DNA from: a virus
Reading direction: 5' to 3' (one strand)
IMG/VR virus record: IMGVR_UViG_3300025141_013434
Location: 32,001 to 96,000 of that record
DNA: 64,000 bases
Part shown: positions 55,816 through 64,000 of the stretch, piece after piece
Layout of the letters: each line of letters opens with the position of its first letter
How positions within the stretch are numbered: position 1 is the first letter of the stretch
The notes under the pieces: generated by a model
What the model was told of the DNA's origin: nothing
The model's input: the letters and a program-made list of their open reading frames with translations, nothing else
Databases searched by the model: none
Program-made: the position numbers and the translations under genes

Positions 55816-58746
55816 TTATCTATCAACTATATTACTATAGTCTTTTGTAAAATTAAAATTTAAATCAATCTGTTTTCCTGTTGATTTAGATGTAATTCTA
55901 ATTTTAAATTGCTTTCCCCACACAGGGTGATCTGAAATTCCAACTGGGCCCGACTTGCCTGGAGCTGATTCCCAACTATTAAAAGACCCGTCTGCTGGTA
56001 AGTCTAGCATCTTCTGAGAAAATGCTGGTTCTATGAGAATGTCCTTCTTGAAGGACAATGTTCTTTTTCTTTCTTCTTTTGGAAAATAGAAAAGATCCGA
56101 CTTCAAATATACCGCATCGAGATCGCTAACTAGCTCAATTTGATATATGTTCGATGGATTAGAAACATGCCCATGGATATCCTCGGTTCTAAATGTGTAC
56201 CAGTATTTTTTATTCGGAACTATTTTATCTATAAATGATCCCGCGGTTGCGTCAGATTCCACTCTGCCTATTTTTGATTGAAAAAACGAACCCCAAGAGG
56301 TTGGCTCTCGGTCTACCCTGAAAACTTCGAATACTTGAGTTGGGTCATCGTTTTTGAATTCTACTGCGGAATTCAATATTTCTTCTCCAAGTTCGGGATC
56401 TGCTCCTTGACTTATGGCTATCAAGCTAAACTGAGACACGTCATCTGGCTCCAACACTACTGGCTTTGCTGCAAAATTCCCAGTCATGCTGTCCATATTG
56501 AACATCAGCCTCTTCTTGTCTCCCTTGAAAGGTATCACATCAACATTCGGAGATATCGGGGGATTATCCATTGTTATAATTTCTTTAGAATATACCGGGT
56601 ACTCCAATATTTTAACTGACGGAGTGTGAATAACTCCCATATAAAAATCCTGGAATCCTCGCTGGGATGCGCCGGTGGGATCCCAAAAATCAACAAGACC
56701 CGGAGAAGACATACAGTCAGAATAGGCGTATACCGTCCCGACAACAACCACCACTTGATAAATTGTGTACCTATACCTCTTTGAGTATTTCACCTGACTA
56801 TCTACCATTTTAATGACTTCTGTTTTATCATTTGTTGCAAGATAGGTTACTTGTATTGTTTCTCCGGTTTCTGCATCTTTCTTTTCGATCTTAAAACCAA
56901 CGACTTCTGAATGTGCTGGCTTTCCTCTCAAAATATCCATGAAAGATCTTTCATTTCTCTTGACGATATTCTTAATTCTTGTCTTCATTAAATTCTTCGT
57001 AAAAAGTAGTCTGAATTTCTCTACCGGGTGGAGATCTCTGCCCTCAACGTTGAACCAATCACGGAACAAGCTTGCAAACCACACTTCTCTGATCTTTGGG
57101 CTGCTAATTCTTGACAGAACTAACTCCTGAACATCTTCTGCGCTTTCGACAACTTGCTCTACTGCATTCCAGTTGTGATTGCGATTGAGACCTTGACGAG
57201 CCAAAATTCCGAAGATATTCTCGATAGCTGATGTATCTTCTCCTTCTCTCAGAGACTGGGCTATTAAAGATTTCTCTACTGAAGTTATTTGAATATCGGT
57301 GTACATCGGAAGAAACGGCCGATCGTTCTCGTAAACGGATCTGAATTCTTCTGAGGAAGGATCGCCATATGAAGATGTGAAAGGAGACCGGCCGGGCAAT
57401 ATACCGAAGACTTCTACGAGATTTTCTTCTGAAATTCTTTCCTCTGCGGTGAGGTGGCCATCTTCGTCTACTCTTATGTGTGCCCCGGGGCGTCGTATAT
57501 AATAATTTGGCAGTTGCCTTTCTTCATAATTCTGTAAAACTACACTTTCGTAAAGATTACTGTAAAAATTATACTTCCCTTTTACAGAAATCGTAGGAGC
57601 GCCTCGAAGCTGATTATCTTCTGTCTCTTTTTCGCTAAAAAGAATAGGAAAATTTGTGGCATAATCGTGAAAATAGTGTCTGCCGGTAAATGGAGGATTA
57701 TACACCGGCGAGTTGACGCCATTGTGTTGTCTTGATACGGGTGATTCGAGCTGCCATGGAACCGGGGTACCATAAAACGGTATAACTGGAAATAAATTTT
57801 CTGAAAAGTTGGACCTTTGAGTACTCCAGTTTTGATGATCGCTCGTGTATGTCTGTAAGCGGCCGTATCGGGCTCTTCGATGTTCGTCTCTCAATTCTCT
57901 CCAATTTTGTTCTATCATTTCACGAGGTGTGCCGTCAGAAAAATCACCATTCTCTTGCAAAGTTGGTCGACCATACAAATAACATGGCCATTGCCATCGC
58001 TGTTCTGGAGTGAAGACATACGGAAAGCGTAACTTTAAAGGCTCATACCTGATCGGGCCTAGGCGTCTTTCGCTGCGAAACGGTGGTCGATCGAGCAAAT
58101 CTTCCTTCTCCCAGAACCTTGTCGGGTTGATTGGACCATCATTGACAGCAAGCTGGCGAAAGCTTTGTTCGGAAACGGATTCGATGTAAGGAGCGCCGGC
58201 GTAGAGTTGGTCGTCCACCTGGGGGCCACGAAAAAGTATAGCTGAGGGATTATGAAAAGAGATGCTGTCCCTTCGATTTGCTTCAACTTGAGCCATGAGA
58301 TTCGGAACAAATGTTTGTATTCCATTTTTCCAAAACTTTCCTGTCACATATCTAAAACTATCTATCATTGTTCGGCCATCGGGGCCCGGGACGTTCGCAG
58401 GAATTCCGGCCGGGTTCAATGGATCAAACTTTGCATTAGAGTAAAGATAGGTCGTTTCATCTGTTGGCTCTCCAGCCAAATTATGTGAATGAAATAGCCA
58501 AACGCTTTTGCCGGCTGCATACTCTTCGTGATGAAGTCCAAACTCTTCCCGGTCTGGAGACACAGAAGAGAGCAAGATCTCTTCTGGTGCGCTCCCAGTT
58601 ATGCCTGTCTCTGAATCCCCACCAGGGCCATTATTATCATCAAGATCGGTATTCTGATCGCCGCCATCACCTTCGAATGGGTCATCATCGCGAGAAACCG
58701 GAGGAGCGAGGCATGGATCTAATATATTGTCATTTTCTTCTGCCAT
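55816..58746 (-). CDS. Large hypothetical virion protein, possible Ig/FN3-like C-terminal domains
   Basis: 976 aa. DSQVKY.K.Y.YTIY and DKIVPNKKYWYTFRTEDIHGHVSNPS resemble FN3-like strands. Confidence 0.55.
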   Translation of the reverse strand: MAEENDNILDPCLAPPVSRDDDPFEGDGGDQNTDLDDNNGPGGDSETGITGSAPEEILLSSVSPDREEFGLHHEEYAAGKSVWLFHSHNLAGEPTDETTYLYSNAKFDPLNPAGIPANVPGPDGRTMIDSFRYVTGKFWKNGIQTFVPNLMAQVEANRRDSISFHNPSAILFRGPQVDDQLYAGAPYIESVSEQSFRQLAVNDGPINPTRFWEKEDLLDRPPFRSERRLGPIRYEPLKLRFPYVFTPEQRWQWPCYLYGRPTLQENGDFSDGTPREMIEQNWRELRDEHRRARYGRLQTYTSDHQNWSTQRSNFSENLFPVIPFYGTPVPWQLESPVSRQHNGVNSPVYNPPFTGRHYFHDYATNFPILFSEKETEDNQLRGAPTISVKGKYNFYSNLYESVVLQNYEERQLPNYYIRRPGAHIRVDEDGHLTAEERISEENLVEVFGILPGRSPFTSSYGDPSSEEFRSVYENDRPFLPMYTDIQITSVEKSLIAQSLREGEDTSAIENIFGILARQGLNRNHNWNAVEQVVESAEDVQELVLSRISSPKIREVWFASLFRDWFNVEGRDLHPVEKFRLLFTKNLMKTRIKNIVKRNERSFMDILRGKPAHSEVVGFKIEKKDAETGETIQVTYLATNDKTEVIKMVDSQVKYSKRYRYTIYQVVVVVGTVYAYSDCMSSPGLVDFWDPTGASQRGFQDFYMGVIHTPSVKILEYPVYSKEIITMDNPPISPNVDVIPFKGDKKRLMFNMDSMTGNFAAKPVVLEPDDVSQFSLIAISQGADPELGEEILNSAVEFKNDDPTQVFEVFRVDREPTSWGSFFQSKIGRVESDATAGSFIDKIVPNKKYWYTFRTEDIHGHVSNPSNIYQIELVSDLDAVYLKSDLFYFPKEERKRTLSFKKDILIEPAFSQKMLDLPADGSFNSWESAPGKSGPVGISDHPVWGKQFKIRITSKSTGKQIDLNFNFTKDYSNIVDR

Positions 58747-58756
58747 TTATAACTCC

Positions 58757-61700
58757 TCAAAAACCACCGTAGCCGCCGGGTCCAGATGTTGTAGTGCCAC
58801 CAGTCGGTGCACCGCCGCCGCCGGGGGATGGTGGAGTGCCGCCGCCGCCAGGGCCAGGAAAACATTCATCATACAGTGTCGCCATGTCTTCGGGCGGGGG
58901 AGATTCCTCTCCATGATACTGACTCTCGTTTGGCATGTAGAATACTATTCCTGGATATTCTAAAAAGGTGTGAGCGTGGGTTTCTAAGCCCTCTATCGGC
59001 TCACACACACTTGTCAAGTATAGTGGATAGAAATATCCAGTCACGCCACTAGTGTCTCCCGAATCGCTGGTGCCGAACAAATAGTAAGGCCCGCAACCAC
59101 ATACTTCCTGAGGTGCTGCCTGCCTTGATGCTTGGGTTCTCCTCCTATTCCTGCGGCGAGTGCGTTTAGTCCTGCGACTTGGAGGGCTAGCGGGGACTTC
59201 AAAATATGACTGACCCTGCGCTGGTCTAGTAGCGGAAGTGTTTCCTCCATCCGCCTCTCCAGTGTATGGCCGCCAATTTGCAGCGGTTTGGTTTCCCGCC
59301 TCAGTTGAAGAGTCCTGAGCATAACGAAGTCTGTATTGGCCGGATAATACCCTACCAGCAGCAACCATGTCTTGATTTAGAGTGCTAAAAATTGGACGTC
59401 CTAAGTTTATATTCCCATCTGCATCCCTGGCAAAACCATCCATCCTCTCCACTACCACTGCGGCGTCAGTAACTGCACGACTAACCGCTGGGTAGGGTAC
59501 CGGGTCGGGACGGCTTTCGCCCCGGGGGCCGGCGAGGCCACCAATACCTGGACCTAGACCCTGAAGGCCATCCGACGTTCCTTGCACCAAGTTGCTTGTT
59601 AATACGTCCGGATTTATTACGTTTCCCATGTCACTTACTAAAACTCTCGATAAATCCAAAAAGCCAGTGTTGGCCCCTGCCAAAGAGCGCCAATGTTCAT
59701 CCCAATCAAAAGGAAACCCTTCGGGTTCATCTGGTTCATTCCCCACGCCACATAACTCGCCCTCATTAGGAATAGCCTGTGTGTCATCAGATAGAAGTAT
59801 TTCAGATGGCACCGTAACAGAAAAGTTAGTTACTGACGAAAGCTGTGCTGCCATTCTTGCCGTAATTGTATTTAGGGCGGTCGAGGGTTGATCAAAAGGA
59901 TTAGCTGTGCCGGCTTGGCCATCATTTGGACTAGCAGCCTCATTTACATCTCCCCAGTCAAACGACTGTATTGCAGGATCTTGTGTAGCTTGTCTAGACA
60001 TATTGATGACATCCATAGCTCTATTGACCTCTGCTGCACCTGCTTGCCAATTGATCACAAAAGACCCCGGGGTCGTCATATTGTCCCCCCAGGTAAAATG
60101 TGAGTTCGTTTGCGTTGCATTGCCGCGGTAAGAGCTAAAAGTCAATACGGCAGAATTACCCAAATAACTTCTCATTGAGGAACCCCAACGTGTAGTTTCC
60201 GTATTCATTCTTCCTGCAAGATTTGCCGCTGTTATAACGGGAAAGGTAGAAGCTACTGATCTGGCCGTTGTCACCGGTGAGGGCAGGGGTAAGAGCGGAG
60301 GCCTGGGAACCGGATCTGTGGTGGGTGGCCTATCAAGAAATGTATCTTCAGAAAGCTCGAAACCTGGGGTAGCAAAATCTTGAAGAGTCTCTGTCCTTTG
60401 TGGGTTGTCCGGACTGTCTTGGATGGTCGGCATTGTTGCCATGCTCCGGAGCCTAGCGCCGGCGGCGCGACGGTCAGCTTGACGTTGATTTTCGGCTAGC
60501 CACCGGTTTTCTTGTTCAACAAAACTAACAGAGTCGAGCTTTCTTTTGCTACAGTCGACATAATATGAACTGGGTTCGCTATCTCTGTGGCCGGTGAACC
60601 ACCTCTTGACTCTCAATGTTCTATTTTTTCCGGCCGTGAGATTTCTTCTGCCGCCGATCTCGGAAGACAAGCTGGACTGATCTGCTGATGAGCCCCCGCC
60701 CAAAAGTTTATCTACTTCAGCTGACAGGTCTTTAAAGGATTTCAATATTTGTAAAATTTGCTCTGGTCTGGAATTGTTTGGATTGAGAAGGGTAGCGACA
60801 AGGCCGACCATTGCGTCATCCCTAAGTGAGATTGCAGAGTCGACGGTGAAGAGGCCCTCCGAAACCGCGGCTTCGACAAAGTCGCCTTCGCCTTGTGCTG
60901 TCAAGTGTTCTGCAAATTTAGACGCCGAAATAATAAATTTCTTATTTGCGTATACCAAGCCCAAAAGTTCAAAAAAAACTGCCTGCATAGCTTCAAAATC
61001 AAACCTCTCCATGGCTTCACTTACGAAAGAGGGTGAAAACTTTTTTGTTGCTGTGTTGTAATTTCCCACCGGAGTGAATCGAACTCTATCAACATTGAGA
61101 ATTTCGTCTCGGGAGGGCCCATTGCCGCGAGTCTCCCTGAAGGACTTTCCCGTTATTACTGGAATGTTTGCTAGGTTATAATATTCTTCCAATTGGAGAA
61201 TTTGCTCTTTGAGTCGATTGAGTGCATGCTCGAAATATTCATAAATACTATCTTCGTATTCTAACTCTATTCCGTATTGATAAGTCCCATCAACTGTTTT
61301 CATTAGTGAATAATCGCGGCCATGGAAAATTCTATAAAACGGAAACAAGGGAGTACCTGCTAGTCTGGACTCTGACGAGTTGTCAATTGGCATAGGATCT
61401 TCGGGGTTGCCTGTTAACCAACTACTCAAGTTATCGAAATTGGCTCTCAATTGAGTCATAAGGTCTCTCACGAGCAAATCTGATATTGTTCCGGTCTCTC
61501 GACTATTATCGTTGGCACCCAAAAGAAACCGCGGGGCCGCAAATGCCGCGGGTAAAATTGCGTCGACGAGGTTGTCTTCATGTTCATATAAATCTGAAGG
61601 TAAACCAGCGCGCTTCATTGACCTTTCGTTCCGATTTAAGAACCATTCTTGAGATGCCTCTGCTACAACAAAATCTGGGGTGTTTTTGTCGAAAAGATCT

Positions 61701-63019
61701 TTTGCCGGAAAGCCAAGCGAATCAATTCCAATACTTCTGTCTGTAACCCTCCTTCTTAACACCCTTGTATTTAAGAGTTTGAAATTTACTTTCGGCCGGA
61801 GAATTTCATATTTTGTGAGATTTGGCAGATACTTAAACAGGTGACCCAGGCTCGATTCTTTTTCTAAAATTTGCTTTTGATCTATTATAAATTTATAATC
61901 AACAACTCCGGAATCAGGGTTTTGATGTACAAACAGTTGTGCATTGAAGTTTTTTTCTCTTTTGCTTTTTAAAAATTTTCTAACTTGACCCTGTTGCATT
62001 ATACTGGGTAACATTAGCGGAGTATACAAGTCGTTCGTTCTCTGCATTTTTCTAAAGTCTTGAATTTTCGTATTAGGTACATTTATCGCTGTTAGATAGT
62101 CGTCAGGACCAGAAGCGTCAGAATGCCTCAACCCCTTCATAAACACGGTTGTTCGATCGTCTTCGGGAGGCATCATATGGTATGGACCGCCATAAGGAAC
62201 TCCCTTGCTGTCCCTCAATACCATAGTATAAGAGTCGACTCGACCTCTTCTCAGTATTGTGTCCTTACTTTTTCTACCGTGAAGTAAGTTTAAATATTTA
62301 ATATCTGAGTGGTCGAGATCAAGACCCAGCAAAGAAAAATCTAAATATGTAAAAGCATGAACAGACAATTCAGTAGTATCTCCAGAGATCAATTCATTTG
62401 GAATTTCTGGATCATTACCTATCGTAATTGTATATGGAATTCTGTAAAACGCAGGTTGAGTTCCAACGTTAGTTACCCTGAAATGTTCTGAAAAATCATC
62501 AAAATATTGATTAGGAAGAGCCTGTCTTGCCGGTTCAGTCTTTATTAAAAAAGGGTGAAATCTTACATTCTCTCCGGTAGGTGAGTTGTCATGAGCAGAG
62601 CCCTTCTTGGTGGTAGTTTTAAGCTTGTCTAAGAAAGCCCCCATCGAGGCGGCGCGGCCACGCATGCCCGCTGGGAGGTGCCGCGAGACGTCTCGCTCGG
62701 AGGCTCCTTCGTCGATAGCGACCCTGTATTTCGCAAGCTTGTTGAATTGCCTGTTTATCCACGTATCGCGGCCGTGATGTGAGATGATTATCCCAATCTT
62801 AAGAGCTTTCATGAACTCCTCTTCTTTTGGCATTCCAGCATCAGCATCAAAAGAATTTGGAAGAGACATAATAAAACCAGCGCCTTCAGATGTGAGATGG
62901 TCATCAATATAATAATCAAGTGTCAAAATTATATTATTATTTGCACCCGACTCCAAAGTTGCCCTCCTCATCTTGACGGCAGGAAGGATCTGATACATTA
63001 AGTCACCTTCTCTTGACAT
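58757..63019 (-). CDS. Very large hypothetical protein (1420 aa)
   Basis: Uninterrupted ORF coupled to its neighbours, GGAG RBS. Confidence 0.7.
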   Translation of the reverse strand: MSREGDLMYQILPAVKMRRATLESGANNNIILTLDYYIDDHLTSEGAGFIMSLPNSFDADAGMPKEEEFMKALKIGIIISHHGRDTWINRQFNKLAKYRVAIDEGASERDVSRHLPAGMRGRAASMGAFLDKLKTTTKKGSAHDNSPTGENVRFHPFLIKTEPARQALPNQYFDDFSEHFRVTNVGTQPAFYRIPYTITIGNDPEIPNELISGDTTELSVHAFTYLDFSLLGLDLDHSDIKYLNLLHGRKSKDTILRRGRVDSYTMVLRDSKGVPYGGPYHMMPPEDDRTTVFMKGLRHSDASGPDDYLTAINVPNTKIQDFRKMQRTNDLYTPLMLPSIMQQGQVRKFLKSKREKNFNAQLFVHQNPDSGVVDYKFIIDQKQILEKESSLGHLFKYLPNLTKYEILRPKVNFKLLNTRVLRRRVTDRSIGIDSLGFPAKDLFDKNTPDFVVAEASQEWFLNRNERSMKRAGLPSDLYEHEDNLVDAILPAAFAAPRFLLGANDNSRETGTISDLLVRDLMTQLRANFDNLSSWLTGNPEDPMPIDNSSESRLAGTPLFPFYRIFHGRDYSLMKTVDGTYQYGIELEYEDSIYEYFEHALNRLKEQILQLEEYYNLANIPVITGKSFRETRGNGPSRDEILNVDRVRFTPVGNYNTATKKFSPSFVSEAMERFDFEAMQAVFFELLGLVYANKKFIISASKFAEHLTAQGEGDFVEAAVSEGLFTVDSAISLRDDAMVGLVATLLNPNNSRPEQILQILKSFKDLSAEVDKLLGGGSSADQSSLSSEIGGRRNLTAGKNRTLRVKRWFTGHRDSEPSSYYVDCSKRKLDSVSFVEQENRWLAENQRQADRRAAGARLRSMATMPTIQDSPDNPQRTETLQDFATPGFELSEDTFLDRPPTTDPVPRPPLLPLPSPVTTARSVASTFPVITAANLAGRMNTETTRWGSSMRSYLGNSAVLTFSSYRGNATQTNSHFTWGDNMTTPGSFVINWQAGAAEVNRAMDVINMSRQATQDPAIQSFDWGDVNEAASPNDGQAGTANPFDQPSTALNTITARMAAQLSSVTNFSVTVPSEILLSDDTQAIPNEGELCGVGNEPDEPEGFPFDWDEHWRSLAGANTGFLDLSRVLVSDMGNVINPDVLTSNLVQGTSDGLQGLGPGIGGLAGPRGESRPDPVPYPAVSRAVTDAAVVVERMDGFARDADGNINLGRPIFSTLNQDMVAAGRVLSGQYRLRYAQDSSTEAGNQTAANWRPYTGEADGGNTSATRPAQGQSYFEVPASPPSRRTKRTRRRNRRRTQASRQAAPQEVCGCGPYYLFGTSDSGDTSGVTGYFYPLYLTSVCEPIEGLETHAHTFLEYPGIVFYMPNESQYHGEESPPPEDMATLYDECFPGPGGGGTPPSPGGGGAPTGGTTTSGPGGYGGF

Positions 63020-63999
63020 TAATATTCTCCTCCTTCGGGATCATCATCCCCTGGACCGCCGGCAAGAGTAGAACTAGTATCACCTTCTGATATTCCCTGG
63101 CCAGGGGTTGCTCTTTCAAAACCTTCGTACAGGCTATCTTCACATATGTCATCATCGTGTGGACCGAAGTCATAAAGGCCCGGCTGTTCCTGCTCTTCAA
63201 ACATTTCTTCAGGTATGTTTTCATCAAACTTTATGTCAAGATACGTATTTATATTATCTGATCTATCCCACTCATTCGGTTTCGCAATATACAACTTAGT
63301 TACAGTCTCCATTCTTCTCGATGGTCCGGTTGTGGCCTCGACGAGTTCATCTTCGATGACAAAAACCTCGATATCAAAATTCTCGTTTTCAAAATCCACG
63401 TTATCTTCCGCCACTGATAGCAATATCGAATTTTCTTTCATGGTCAGTTTTATTCCACCCCTGAACGTTATTTCCTGTTCTGTTCCGTTCTGATATGAGT
63501 ATTCATATTCTGGGAGGTCGTCTTCATCTTCTTCTGATGCTAAGATCAAGTGACCAACCGACATTGATAATTGCGGCCTAGAAAGCCCATACCCTGCAGA
63601 AGAACTTAGCGTAATTGGAAGTATAAACTTTTGATTGTTTCGACTTCTTATGTTCCAAGACGGCACCTCTTGAGAACCCAGTTGTGAGGTGCCTATCAGG
63701 TTTCTGATAATCTTTCTGTCATCGGGTGCCATAGACACATGGTCCGCGTAATCACTACCGTAGACATCATCAACCGGAGTTCGATTGAGGTTCGCTCTCT
63801 TCCTGTTGTTGTTACCGGGCAGTTTCTCTAAGATATGCGCGTTTAATTGGGCCACGCGAGTTTCAATTCCATCTGTTTCATACAAAGCCTTGAATCTCAC
63901 AGTGTCGTTTTGAATTCTTTCGTGAGCTTTTGCAGCCAACTCTTTTGATCCACTGACATATGCTACATCGTATAGTACTTCATCGTCCGAAAAAGCATA
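63019..63999 (-). CDS. Acidic virion-associated protein, 5' end outside the window
   Basis: The frame stays open to the window edge (YAFSDDEVLYDVAYVSGSKEL...), so the ORF-track TTG at 63939 is not the true start. Confidence 0.65.
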   Translation of the reverse strand, partial: YAFSDDEVLYDVAYVSGSKELAAKAHERIQNDTVRFKALYETDGIETRVAQLNAHILEKLPGNNNRKRANLNRTPVDDVYGSDYADHVSMAPDDRKIIRNLIGTSQLGSQEVPSWNIRSRNNQKFILPITLSSSAGYGLSRPQLSMSVGHLILASEEDEDDLPEYEYSYQNGTEQEITFRGGIKLTMKENSILLSVAEDNVDFENENFDIEVFVIEDELVEATTGPSRRMETVTKLYIAKPNEWDRSDNINTYLDIKFDENIPEEMFEEQEQPGLYDFGPHDDDICEDSLYEGFERATPGQGISEGDTSSTLAGGPGDDDPEGGEY

Positions 64000-64000
64000 A

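Noticed and set aside
302-63493. Numerous plus-strand ORFs in the six-frame track
   Set aside because: All are antisense shadows of well-supported minus-strand genes and show no recognisable motifs.
1-64000. Alternative genetic code (stop-codon reassignment seen in some large phages)
   Set aside because: Core genes are full length in code 11, and TAA, TGA and TAG all end genes at plausible positions.
1-64000. tRNA, rRNA or integrase/IS elements
   Set aside because: Intergenic gaps are short and occupied by terminators and promoters. No cloverleaf or transposase/integrase motifs were recognised.

Overview
A 64-kb segment of a large, T4-like-architecture myovirus (likely a jumbo or large phage, bS21-encoding type). 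About 60 tightly packed genes all lie on the minus strand and use the standard genetic code. In transcription order (high to low coordinates) the window holds: large acidic and baseplate-like virion proteins; a J-domain protein, RuvC, primase and an Mre11-Rad50 fusion; a holin/spanin-like cassette; terminase, portal and prohead protease; ribosomal protein bS21; a paralogous insert; scaffold and major capsid protein; neck proteins, duplicated tail-terminator-like genes and a fibre; sheath, tube, a gp26/gp51-like chaperone pair joined by a slippery site, tape measure and baseplate; an overlapping miniature family-A polymerase and degenerate tubulin/FtsZ-like pair; then SSB, RecA/UvsX, 5'-3' exonuclease, DnaB-like helicase and class II RNR. 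A recurrent ACTA(T/A)TTA motif precedes the morphogenesis genes, while sigma70-type promoters precede the replication genes. The most unusual signals are the mini-PolA/tubulin-like pair, a pervasive [ST][GA]S tripeptide in virion proteins, a +1/-2 frameshift candidate, the putative late-promoter motif and a tail-collar-like domain apparently split across genes. All calls come from reading motifs by eye; no database searches were run.
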